From the NCBI GenBank assembly GCA_026395175.1, contig JAPLZF010000009.1, positions 82,083 through 146,082 on the forward strand: a stretch of DNA of 64,000 nt, read 5' to 3'. The stretch is from Candidatus Staskawiczbacteria bacterium (lineage in GTDB: Bacteria > Patescibacteriota > Minisyncoccia > Minisyncoccales > Staskawiczbacteraceae). The notes below the pieces were generated by a model. That model was not told the DNA's origin, ran no database searches, and was given only the letters and a program-made list of their open reading frames with translations. Below are positions 9,130 to 18,281 of the stretch, one piece after another. The position numbers and the translations under genes were made by a program. Position 1 is the first letter of the stretch, and each line of letters opens with the position of its first letter.

Positions 9130-10191
9130 TTATTTAAATAAAACTTTAAAATTATTGGTGCTCGCCTCCTCTTTTAATAATTCTATGATTTCTTTCTGTG
9201 ATTTTGTCATATTACTTTCATCAAATTTTGATCCAATGGTAAGTTTCAAAGCTGAAATTGAGTTATATTTTTTATCTTTAAATTTCACATCTTCAAGGTT
9301 GGTGAATAAAATCATTTTTAACAAACCATCTTTGATATCCTCTATGGATGGTAATGTGCCATCTTTGCTATGTTTCCCCTCTACTAAAAATAATTTATCA
9401 TCCTTAATCTTCGCTTCATCAACAGTGAAAAAATAATATCCACCTAAATAATTTTTTATAGTAATTATTGCTTTTTCCCCAGATAAGTTTTCTTTTGGTT
9501 GTATGATTAAACGCTCTCGCCCTTGGGCTTTTTTTGCCAACATCCGAGATAATTCCATAAAATTATTTTTACCTTTTAAAAGTTCGTTTATTCTTTTTTC
9601 GGCAGTTTGACGTGAGTGCATTTCTATTTTTAATTTTTTAGAAATTCCAGCATAGGATTCCAATGCCTTTTTTCCGATTTGCCCAATTTTGTCGATATGA
9701 GCAAGATTCCAGTGTAGAGCATCTGATTGATAAGATAAAATATTTTCAAGCTGTGTTTTAATATAGTCAATATCGAAACGTTGATTTGTAATTTTTTGCT
9801 TATATCTTTTACTCTTTTCTGCTGTATTATAATAAGCGATGATTACATAAATTCCCAATAAACTCATCAGTGAAATTGTATCCCATTGTAAAAAATCTCT
9901 ATCGCCTTCCAGCCCCTCGTCTTTAAAAACAGGTATAACCGTAATTTTTTTCCCAGAAAACCCTAAAGTATCATAGACTCTCGCGTAAGGATAGGAACGG
10001 GTTCGTTTTGCTGAAACCCACCAGCTCATCGCAACTTGATTCTCTTTATCAATTTTTAAAATAAAAGAAGAAAAAGAGGACATTCCTTTTCGTAAATCTT
10101 TTAAATCTAAAATCTCTAACTTACGGCAAAGTAGTGGCTTATATTTTATTCCTTTAATTTTAGCTAATATATCCATATTTGTCTGCTTCAC
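9130..10191 (-). CDS. Putative type II restriction endonuclease
   Basis: Overlaps MTase 3' end; VDE..LVEGK PD-(D/E)xK-like motif. Confidence 0.6.
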   Translation of the reverse strand: MKQTNMDILAKIKGIKYKPLLCRKLEILDLKDLRKGMSSFSSFILKIDKENQVAMSWWVSAKRTRSYPYARVYDTLGFSGKKITVIPVFKDEGLEGDRDFLQWDTISLMSLLGIYVIIAYYNTAEKSKRYKQKITNQRFDIDYIKTQLENILSYQSDALHWNLAHIDKIGQIGKKALESYAGISKKLKIEMHSRQTAEKRINELLKGKNNFMELSRMLAKKAQGRERLIIQPKENLSGEKAIITIKNYLGGYYFFTVDEAKIKDDKLFLVEGKHSKDGTLPSIEDIKDGLLKMILFTNLEDVKFKDKKYNSISALKLTIGSKFDESNMTKSQKEIIELLKEEASTNNFKVLFK

Positions 10192-11266
10192 GATAAATAA
10201 TTTCTAATTTGTCGTTTTGGTTAGCAAAAAAAGTTTTTTGTGCATCACCAAAACCCAATTTTGTTTTTATGGTTGAAACGAGTGACTTTTTTATTTCAAA
10301 ACCAATACTATTTCTTCCTAATTCGCGAGCTTTTTTCATCGTCGTACCGCTACCAGCGAAAGGATCTAACACTGTTTCGTTTTTGTAAGAAAAAAGTTTA
10401 ATCGCACGATAAGGTAATTCTTCGGGAAAAGCCGCAATATCTTTTTCCAATGATGAACCAGGCATTACATTGTTCATTTCCCAAAGAGTCATATACCATC
10501 TATTTTTTTGAATCTCTTTCGTGTCCACTTTTGATTTTTCTCGGACATCTTTAGATATTGAACGATAATCAAATCTACCTTTTTGAAAAATTACTATACT
10601 TTCCAATAAATTGTCAGGATAAAAATACATAGGATAAGGATTCTGTAAAATAACTCCACTCCGACGACTAATTCTTAAATAACCATCGGGTTTCTTCCAG
10701 ACGATTTTATCTCTATATCTAAAACCTGCTTGTTGAAAAATTTTAACCGCGTCAGCGGCGATAGGATATTTCTCGCCATCAATCAACATATCATCAATAT
10801 TCAAAACGGCGATTCTCCCATCTTGTAAGACTCTATATGTTTCTTCGGCAAAACTTTTCAGCACTCCTAGATATTGTTCATAACTCTTAAATAAGCCCTT
10901 ATAATCAAAGGGAGCATTAAAATAAGGCGGCGAGGTTATCATTAGGTGAACACTACCATCTGGTATTTCTGCCATACTCATACAGTTGCCTACTATTAAT
11001 TTGTGGTTTGTTGCGGTAACATCGGGTTGTGTATGTTTTTTGGTTTCAACTAGTTCTTCCAAAACCGCATCTTTCACTCCTTGATTTTTAGATAGTTTGC
11101 TTTTAATTATTTCTTTCTGGATTTCATATAAAGCTTTTTTTGATTTTTTCCTTGGCCATTTTTTGGCTATAATTCCGTGTTTTGTTTTGCTAAGACTAAC
11201 AACCCCACGAAGTTTTTCTTTTGCCAATCTTAAAGCTTTTTTATTTTTAACTTTTACTTTTGCCAT
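10160..11266 (-). CDS. N4/N6 DNA methyltransferase (beta class)
   Basis: TSPPY motif IV before DPFAGSGTT motif I. Confidence 0.92.
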   Translation of the reverse strand: MAKVKVKNKKALRLAKEKLRGVVSLSKTKHGIIAKKWPRKKSKKALYEIQKEIIKSKLSKNQGVKDAVLEELVETKKHTQPDVTATNHKLIVGNCMSMAEIPDGSVHLMITSPPYFNAPFDYKGLFKSYEQYLGVLKSFAEETYRVLQDGRIAVLNIDDMLIDGEKYPIAADAVKIFQQAGFRYRDKIVWKKPDGYLRISRRSGVILQNPYPMYFYPDNLLESIVIFQKGRFDYRSISKDVREKSKVDTKEIQKNRWYMTLWEMNNVMPGSSLEKDIAAFPEELPYRAIKLFSYKNETVLDPFAGSGTTMKKARELGRNSIGFEIKKSLVSTIKTKLGFGDAQKTFFANQNDKLEIIYREADKYGYIS

Positions 11267-11269
11267 ATT

Positions 11270-11941
11270 TTATATTAATTTATTTTCCGAAAAACTAAAT
11301 GGTTTTTTACCCTTAGCTATTATAACATGATCTAGAACATCTACCCCCATAATTTTGCCGGCTCCAATAATTCTTTTTGTAATTTCTAAATCGTCTTCTG
11401 ACGGCTCGTTATCCCCCGACGGATGGTTGTGGGCTAAAATTACAGAGCAGGCATTTTGTTTTAGCGCTTCCTGAAAAATTTCTCGCGGATGTATTAAGCT
11501 TGCATTTAACGTGCCAATAAACATTGGTTTTTTATGTAAAAGTTCGTTTCTTGCATTAAGAAAAAGCGCCATCAAATGCTCTCTTGTTTTGTCTCGCATA
11601 TAAACAACTTGAGCCAAAACATCTTCAACTGAATTAATTTTTGGCAGACTTTCATCCCTAACATCCAAAGCTCTTTTTACCAATTCTTGGCTTGCCAAAA
11701 TTATACAGGCTTTAGCCGAGTTTATTCCTTTTATTTTTGTTAAATCTTCGTATTTTAATTGTAAAAAATTTTTAATAGGATATTTTGCCAAAATCTGTTC
11801 TGCAACTTCAATTACATTTTTACCTTCCACGCCCGTGCCAAGCAAAATTGCCAAAAGCTCTTTATCTTTCAAATTTTCTTCGCCTTTCGCAATCAACTTC
11901 TCTCTTGGTCTTTCAATTTTCGGCAAATCTTTTATCTTCAT
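11270..11941 (-). CDS. radC: RadC/JAB-domain protein
   Basis: RPREKL, HPRE, HNHPSG, LDHVII. Confidence 0.93.
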   Translation of the reverse strand: MKIKDLPKIERPREKLIAKGEENLKDKELLAILLGTGVEGKNVIEVAEQILAKYPIKNFLQLKYEDLTKIKGINSAKACIILASQELVKRALDVRDESLPKINSVEDVLAQVVYMRDKTREHLMALFLNARNELLHKKPMFIGTLNASLIHPREIFQEALKQNACSVILAHNHPSGDNEPSEDDLEITKRIIGAGKIMGVDVLDHVIIAKGKKPFSFSENKLI

Positions 11942-11970
11942 ATTATAGCGACTTTCAGCTTTTACTTTTC

Positions 11971-12261
11971 TTACTTTCTATTAAAGTTTTTACCAACAAT
12001 TTTTTGCAGAATTTCTAAGGTGGCCTGCACAGAAGGATTTTCTGTATTTTCCAAGGTTAATCTATCCCCATAAGTGTTTAACAGAGGAGTTAAAAATTCA
12101 TCTCCCCAAGAAGGAGAAAAAGTTAACACGCCGTAAAAATCAATTTCAATACTTTCGGTTTCTTTCACGTCTCTTAAGAGTGATTGCAATGCAGAAAAAG
12201 CTTCCCTACCCGTTTGTCGGGAGATAAGTGTTGTGCCAAATTTTTTTAATTCTATTTTCAT
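11971..12261 (-). CDS. STAS-like (DUF4325-type) protein
   Basis: SR..G..IDF.GV..SPSW.DE pattern. Confidence 0.7.
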   Translation of the reverse strand: MKIELKKFGTTLISRQTGREAFSALQSLLRDVKETESIEIDFYGVLTFSPSWGDEFLTPLLNTYGDRLTLENTENPSVQATLEILQKIVGKNFNRK

Positions 12262-12265
12262 AATT

Positions 12266-12994
12266 TTAATAAGTTATTAAGGCAAGACATCCACGGACAG
12301 TTTCTGATGCATCTTCACTAACAATATCCGCGCTATTGCCTTTTAATAATAATTTTGCGTCGCCCGATTGGAATATCAAACTAATTGGATTCTTTGAAAT
12401 AACGCTTTTAACATATTTTAATCCATTACCTCTTGATTCGGGTTTCCTACCGGAGATTATCTCGGTAAATGCAGTTTGCAATGCATGAGCATGGTCTTTT
12501 AATTCTGGTTTTACTTTTCTTAATGTTTCTAAAATTCCCACTCCTCTGTCCGCCAATACAATCTGTTTTTTATTCAAATCATACGCAAAGAAAATTCCGG
12601 GAATATCTGGCCACTGACCAAGATTATGGTCATATGAATTATTTCCTATCTCTCCGGCAATAGATGTCAATAAAGAGAACAATGGTTTTGCATCTTTATT
12701 TTCAATCATCAGCGTTTCCATCTTTGTTATGCGAGCTTGAAAAACTCCGCTGTTTTGGCAATAAAATTGCTCGGGTATTTCTTTTTCTAAAACTGCCCAG
12801 TCTTTAGCAAGCTGGAATAAATCATTTAAGAAAACATCAATATCTTCTTTGCGATAATAACGATGACCGCCCGGTTTATCTCTAACTGAAAGCAAACGAC
12901 CGCTTTCATCCCAGCGACGCAATGTCATAATTGTAACTCCCAGCAATTCGGCTGCTTCACCTATTGTTATTAAATTTTTGTCTTTTTCTTCCAT
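12266..12994 (-). CDS. MerR-type HTH fused to HATPase-like domain
   Basis: TIGEAAELLGV..TLRRWD; EIGNNSYDH, DRGVGI, RGNGL GHKL boxes; start reassigned to MEEK. Confidence 0.75.
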   Translation of the reverse strand: MEEKDKNLITIGEAAELLGVTIMTLRRWDESGRLLSVRDKPGGHRYYRKEDIDVFLNDLFQLAKDWAVLEKEIPEQFYCQNSGVFQARITKMETLMIENKDAKPLFSLLTSIAGEIGNNSYDHNLGQWPDIPGIFFAYDLNKKQIVLADRGVGILETLRKVKPELKDHAHALQTAFTEIISGRKPESRGNGLKYVKSVISKNPISLIFQSGDAKLLLKGNSADIVSEDASETVRGCLALITY

Positions 12995-13086
12995 AGTTTT
13001 AATCTTTATTTGTATTATATCATAGTTTTTAAACCTATACAAGGTGCCAATAAACCTATACATTTACCCTAATTTTCAGCCAAACA

Positions 13087-13120
13087 AAAACCGTCCTGAG
13101 CGAAGTCGAAGGGCGGTTTT
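13087..13120. terminator. Hairpin terminator built on a CTGAGC..GTCGAAG element
   Basis: AAAACCGTCC-TGAGCGAAGTCGAA-GGGCGGTTTT. Confidence 0.6.
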
Positions 13121-13138
13121 TGGCCTTAACTTTTTTGG

Positions 13139-13828
13139 TTAGGATTTTACGCGTTTGAGGTCTTGGTATAAAGCATATAAAAATACAATGGTAAACGGAG
13201 CAACAAAGAATATGTTTATAATTGTGCCAAAGAATTTAATCCACGAAAGCAAAATTGCCACCACAAAAATTACCACCAGTCTGCCAAATATTGGCCACCA
13301 ATACCCTTGCACTAATTGTTTGCTTCTCTTTAAGGCACTTGTTCCTTTTGCGCCTTCGTCAATGTAAACAAACATAGAAAAGCAAAACCAAATGGCAAAA
13401 ATGATGCCGGGGATTATAAGCAAAATCAACCCGCCCAATGTTGCCAAGCCCACCAAAAGTGAAATCCAAAAAAATGATGCAATTTTTTGCCATCCAACTT
13501 CCAACGACGCTTTAAATTTTAATGCTGTGTCTTTAACCGCGCAGTACAATGCCGTTTTCGACCACAATGAAAAAATTATGCAAATTAAAATTCCAACCAG
13601 CCCCAAAAGCACATCAACCAAAATTATGGTTATGTTAAAGTCGCGCCTTTGAAACGGCCAGTAGCTTATTAAAAATCCAATCAAGCCGGCTGGCAACAAA
13701 ACCAAAGCGCCAATAAATCCAAACAATATTATGCCAGCATATGTCCAGATTTTTTTGTAATAAGCATCAAAACTTTTTTTAAATAATTCTACAACCGGCA
13801 AAAGCATTTTTGTTTGTGTTTCTTCCAT
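13139..13828 (-). CDS. Integral membrane protein
   Basis: Several TM segments, LIIPGI motif, ALKRSKQLV. Confidence 0.75.
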   Translation of the reverse strand: MEETQTKMLLPVVELFKKSFDAYYKKIWTYAGIILFGFIGALVLLPAGLIGFLISYWPFQRRDFNITIILVDVLLGLVGILICIIFSLWSKTALYCAVKDTALKFKASLEVGWQKIASFFWISLLVGLATLGGLILLIIPGIIFAIWFCFSMFVYIDEGAKGTSALKRSKQLVQGYWWPIFGRLVVIFVVAILLSWIKFFGTIINIFFVAPFTIVFLYALYQDLKRVKS

Positions 13829-13833
13829 ATTTT

Positions 13834-14301
13834 TTATTTGCTTAACAGTTCTTTTATAATTTTAGAAATTTCCGAGTTGTCGGCTTTGCCTTTTACCTGT
13901 GGCATCAGGTCTGCCATTATTTTCCCTGTGTCTTTAATTTCTACAGCTCCTGTTTTTGCAATTGATTCTGCCACCAGCTTTCTTAATTCTTCGTCAGACA
14001 ATTGTTCTGGCAAATATTTTTTTATAATATCAATTTCTTTCTGCTCTTTTTCGGCCAATTCCGGCCTGTTGCCTTGCACGTATAAAGCAATGGCATCTTT
14101 TCTTTTTTTAATTTCCGAAGCCAAAACACTTATTATTTCCTCGTCAGAAAGCTGAATTTCTGTTTCAGACTTTTCCTTAAACTTTTTGTCTTTTTCTTTT
14201 GTAAGAATCACAGCCGACATCATACGCAAAACACCGGTAGTAAAGCTATCTTTGCTTTTCATTGCTTCTATAGTTTCTTTTTGTATTTTCTCTTTTAACA
14301 T
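13834..14301 (-). CDS. GatB/YqeY domain protein
   Basis: KKRKDAI..Y, YLPEQLS, DTGKIM. Confidence 0.9.
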   Translation of the reverse strand: MLKEKIQKETIEAMKSKDSFTTGVLRMMSAVILTKEKDKKFKEKSETEIQLSDEEIISVLASEIKKRKDAIALYVQGNRPELAEKEQKEIDIIKKYLPEQLSDEELRKLVAESIAKTGAVEIKDTGKIMADLMPQVKGKADNSEISKIIKELLSK

Positions 14302-14520
14302 TTACTTAGGCTTTGCGAGTTTTTCTGCTTTGATTTTTGCAATTTTTCTCTCAACTCTTTTCAAAGCAGACCTCTTTTTAACCAAATCAGATTTTGCTCT
14401 TTTAAAAAACTTTGTTTTTCTTAACTGAAGCAAAACACCCGATTGTCTCACAGTTTTTGTAAAACGGTGTCCCAAGTTTTGAGAAGTCTCTTTGTCTTTT
14501 TTTGTAACTTGTACTGGCAT
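14302..14520 (-). CDS. rpsU: Ribosomal protein bS21-like
   Basis: Basic 72 aa, RFTK.V.QSG, upstream of yqeY. Confidence 0.7.
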   Translation of the reverse strand: MPVQVTKKDKETSQNLGHRFTKTVRQSGVLLQLRKTKFFKRAKSDLVKKRSALKRVERKIAKIKAEKLAKPK

Positions 14521-14595
14521 GATTTATGAACGAAGTGAATAAATCACCCTGACACTGAGGCATTTATGCCGAAATGGAAGGGTATACATTTATTT

Positions 14596-15879
14596 CTATT
14601 TTTTAATTTTAGCTTTCATTTCGCTTACGACCTTGTCAAGTTTTATTTCTTTTTGGACTCCTGTTTCCATATCCCTTAAAGTAATAAAATCTTCTAATGC
14701 TTCTTTTTGCCCAAAAATCAGCACCCACCTAATGTTTAATTTGTTGGCGTTTCTTAATTGGGTTTTTAAAGAATCTTTTGAAAATGATTCAGCCACCGGA
14801 ATTTTTGCGGCCCTAAATTCTTCAAACAATTTCATACTTTTCCTTTTTGCCAAAATTCCCAGCTGAGCCAAATATATTTTTGGATTTTCTTCCTGTTTTC
14901 CGGTTTTCATTTCTCTGGCTTTCATCAAGCTGATAATTCTTTCAATTCCGGCAGCCGACCCGCAGCCGGCTGTATCTCTGCCTCCCATAATTTTTGCCAA
15001 GTTGTCATATCTTCCTCCGCCGGACAACGTGCCCAGGGCTTTGCCATCTTCAGAAGTTTCCACAATTTCAAAAACCGTTTTTGTATAATAATCTAAGCCT
15101 CGCACCAAATACGGGTTTAAAGTATATGGCAATTCCAGCTCATCTAAAAATTCCAAAACTTCTTTAAAGTGCGCGTGGCATTTTTCGCAAAGGTGGTCAA
15201 TTATCTGCGGGGCATTGGCTTTTACTCTTTGGCATTTTTCTTCTTTGCAGTCTAAAATTCTCAAAGGGTTTTCCTTCAGCCTGCGTTGGCAGTCTGCGCA
15301 CAAAGACGATTTGCGCGATTTAAAATAGTTTGTCAAAATCTTTTTAAAATACGGCCTGCATTCAGAATCTCCAATTGAATTCACTTCAATTGTTAAATTT
15401 TTAAATCCCAATTCTTTCAAAACGTCATAACTCATTTGAATTATTTGGCTGTCAATTGAAGGAGTTGCGTCGCCAATTGCCTCAAATCCAAACTGGTGGA
15501 ATTGTCGAAATCTTCCTGCCTGCGGTCTTTCATACCTAAAAAATGGCCCCAAATACCAAAGCTTTACGGGCTGTGGCAAGTTGTGCATTCCGTGTTCCAA
15601 ATATGCGCGCATCACGGGGGCTGTGCCTTCGGGTCGCAAAGAAACCATGTCCCCGCCTTTTGTGCGAAATGTGTACATTTCTTTTCCAACAATGTCTGTG
15701 TCGTCTCCCACTGCCTTTTGAAAAACTTCCGCGTATTCCAAAATTGGAGTTTCAATTTTATCAAAGGTGTAAGAATTGGCAACCGCTTCAACAACTTTTT
15801 GCACGCGCTTAAAATACAATTGGTCTTCTGGCAAGACGTCATGCATTCCTGTTAGATTCTGATATCTTAATTTGCTCAT
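14596..15879 (-). CDS. hisS: Histidyl-tRNA synthetase
   Basis: LRPEGT, FRYERPQAGRFRQF, RGLDYY, GGRYD. Confidence 0.97.
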   Translation of the reverse strand: MSKLRYQNLTGMHDVLPEDQLYFKRVQKVVEAVANSYTFDKIETPILEYAEVFQKAVGDDTDIVGKEMYTFRTKGGDMVSLRPEGTAPVMRAYLEHGMHNLPQPVKLWYLGPFFRYERPQAGRFRQFHQFGFEAIGDATPSIDSQIIQMSYDVLKELGFKNLTIEVNSIGDSECRPYFKKILTNYFKSRKSSLCADCQRRLKENPLRILDCKEEKCQRVKANAPQIIDHLCEKCHAHFKEVLEFLDELELPYTLNPYLVRGLDYYTKTVFEIVETSEDGKALGTLSGGGRYDNLAKIMGGRDTAGCGSAAGIERIISLMKAREMKTGKQEENPKIYLAQLGILAKRKSMKLFEEFRAAKIPVAESFSKDSLKTQLRNANKLNIRWVLIFGQKEALEDFITLRDMETGVQKEIKLDKVVSEMKAKIKK

Positions 15880-15887
15880 ATTTTTTA

Positions 15888-16496
15888 TTAGTATGTTGGC
15901 CGATTAATTTCTGATATGGTTGTTATTGGAAAAATTCTCAAAGCTGCCTTGCCAATTATATATTGCCTTGAAACAACTCCCCACATTCTTGAATCATAAG
16001 AATATTCCCTGTTGTCTCCCAAAACAAAATATTGTCCGGGCATTAAGGTGACATTTACATATCCGTAAGTTTTTAAAATGTCTCCTCCGATTTGCGATAA
16101 ATATTTTTCATTTAGAATAGTTGTTTTTCCGTCTTGAATTATTTCAACCTTGCCGTTTGTTATGTTAATTGTTTCGCCGGGCAGCCCGACAACTCTTTTG
16201 ATAAAGCGCTGGCCTTCATAGCCTTTTATAAAACTGGCATCAAAAACAACTACATCTCCCCGTTGCGGTTCGGCAAATCTGTAAGAAATTTCATCAATAA
16301 TTAAATAATCTCCTGTTGCAAAATTCGGCGCCATTGATGCTCCGCTGACTATAAACGGCTGAAACAAAAAATATCTTATTGGAGCCACAATAACAAAAGC
16401 AATAATGGCAATTTTAACCAATTCCAAAACAAACGGCGAATATTTCCTTACAAATTTCCTTACCTTGCCAGCTTCTTGTTTAGTTTCACTATCCAT
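15888..16496 (-). CDS. lepB: Signal peptidase I
   Basis: SGASM, IKRVVG, GDNR..S.DSR. Confidence 0.95.
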   Translation of the reverse strand: MDSETKQEAGKVRKFVRKYSPFVLELVKIAIIAFVIVAPIRYFLFQPFIVSGASMAPNFATGDYLIIDEISYRFAEPQRGDVVVFDASFIKGYEGQRFIKRVVGLPGETINITNGKVEIIQDGKTTILNEKYLSQIGGDILKTYGYVNVTLMPGQYFVLGDNREYSYDSRMWGVVSRQYIIGKAALRIFPITTISEINRPTY

Positions 16497-16627
16497 AAAT
16501 TTGTTTTATTTTATCACACTTTTTAGGCAATTACAACCCCTTTATAAATAGTCCAAATATAGAAAAAAAGTCGGGCTCCAGCATGTGCTAGAGCCCCTCA
16601 AACTTGAAACAGGTACAACAAATGCAA

Positions 16628-16897
16628 CTACCGCCGCAAGCGCAGGGACTGCTTCCTGCACTTGGGCTTATGATGCCCATTGCCATTGCCGTTTTTGCCG
16701 TTGCCGGGGGATTGATCCCTAAAAACCTGCAGGAGCAACTTCCGCATTCCCTTCCGTCCGATGTGTTCCCCGCCATAGCGAGCGTTGAAGATTCTCGCCA
16801 GTTTTGCGATGGCGTCAGAATGCGCATTCGGGGGAACTTGAAATTTCCGTAGAAACCGTACTTGGTCCTCTGGCAACTGCATTGTCGCGTTAAGCAT
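16628..16897 (-). CDS. Small hypothetical protein (89 aa) with own promoter
   Basis: GAGGGA SD; TTGACA-17-TATGAT at 17015-17043; GC-rich. Confidence 0.5.
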   Translation of the reverse strand: MLNATMQLPEDQVRFLRKFQVPPNAHSDAIAKLARIFNARYGGEHIGRKGMRKLLLQVFRDQSPGNGKNGNGNGHHKPKCRKQSLRLRR

Positions 16898-17061
16898 ACT
16901 CTTTTCCCTCTTCGTTTTTGTTGTGTTTTCCCTGTTTCTACAAACAAAATTGGAAATGAGCTGACCATTCAACCGCCTTTCTCTCGGTTCTTGAATGGGT
17001 TGTTGACAACTAATATCATAGCTCTTTCATAAATTGATGTCAAATGCTATAATTACAAAAT

Positions 17062-17625
17062 ATGATAATTATTATTGGCCTGGGAAATCCGGGCAAACAA
17101 TATAAAAATACCCGCCACAATGTTGGATTTATGGCAGTTGACAGCTTTGCAGAGAAAAATAATTTCCCGGAGTTTAAGTTAAACAAAAAATTTAATTCTT
17201 TAGTTTCAGAAGGAATTATTGAAGAAGAAAAAATATTGCTCGCCAAACCTCAAACGTTTATGAATAACAGCGGTTCTGCAGTAAAATCCTTAATTCGAAA
17301 TTCGAAATTCGAAATTAGAAATTCTATCGTCGTGGTACACGACGATATAGATCTTCCTGTTGGAAAAATCAAAATCGTGCAAGAACGCGGTTCTGCCGGC
17401 CACAAAGGCGTTGAGTCAATAATTAAAAGCATTGGCAACAACGGCTTAGTAAGATTTCGCATAGGAATTGCAGGCAATAAAAAAACCGACGCCATGAAAG
17501 TTGTCTTAAAAAACTTTTCAGCAGAAGAGAAAAAAACATTGGATGAAACGATAGAAAAAATAACAGAAGCTTTAGACATGTTTATAAAAGAGGGTTTAGA
17601 AAAAACAATGAACAAATTTAATTAA
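17062..17625 (+). CDS. pth: Peptidyl-tRNA hydrolase
   Basis: GLGNPG, TRHNVG, KPQTFMN, HDD. Confidence 0.96.
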   Translation: MIIIIGLGNPGKQYKNTRHNVGFMAVDSFAEKNNFPEFKLNKKFNSLVSEGIIEEEKILLAKPQTFMNNSGSAVKSLIRNSKFEIRNSIVVVHDDIDLPVGKIKIVQERGSAGHKGVESIIKSIGNNGLVRFRIGIAGNKKTDAMKVVLKNFSAEEKKTLDETIEKITEALDMFIKEGLEKTMNKFN

Positions 17626-17854
17626 AAATTTGCGCTTGAATTTTTCTCGTATTCCCGTTTTTTATCAAACCTTATGATTCAAAATACTTTTCATAGTCAA
17701 AATATAAATAATAAAAGCCAGCTTTTAAGCCCCCCCCCCTAAACTTTTGCCTGTTTTAGAAAAATGTAAAGTGATGTACAAAAAGTGGATTGAAATGCAC
17801 CGCAATATTGAAAGAACTGCAAGATTTAGCAAAAGAAAACATTAGCTGGAGATC

Positions 17855-17955
17855 ACCTGGTTGCCGGCATTCCATTCGTTCGGATTCTCAACAGAGTTGG
17901 CGTTCACGTTCCAATAGCGATTGTCAGAGTTCCAGTTCGCGTTCACAGCCCAGAC
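17855..17955 (-). repeat. DGR template repeat TR2
   Basis: 101 bp ungapped vs 18301-18401: 12 mismatches, 11 at TR adenines; 11 AAY codons in target frame. Confidence 0.95.
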
Positions 17956-17957
17956 CG

Positions 17958-18173
17958 ATTATATGCAACACGCCATCACAACCACTGTCCTTTGAATACT
18001 CTTGGGACTGTATCTTATTTGGGACATAAAAGTCCTCCAGCGCGCTACACCGATTCTTTTCTTTTTTAGAAACTTGCATAATGACGCTTGTTGAAGACTT
18101 GTCCGCAACAATTCTGCAATATACAATTTCAAGGCGCTACGCAAAAGCCTTAACCTCCACGTTCAGCTATCCT
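17958..18173 (-). ncRNA. Candidate structured RNA leader 5' of TR2
   Basis: Homologous to 45-262 with compensatory changes; TAAAAT -10 at 18181-18186. Confidence 0.65.
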
Positions 18174-18281
18174 TAGATTTATTTTACATTTTTTTGTGAA
18201 AATAAAAAGACTCTCCTTTACTTTTCAAAGTTTCAGAGAGCCATAGATTCTGAGAGTCCAAAGTCCCGAAGGGCTTTAGAG

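Noticed and set aside
18004-18040. AAGAUACAGUCC resembles the group I intron S element
   Set aside because: The homologous copy lacks the P7-type pairing and no interrupted gene is visible
17959-18144. 61-aa minus-strand ORF as an Avd protein
   Set aside because: Too short, no recognisable Avd motif, no equivalent ORF at 45-262, and the substitutions preserve base pairing
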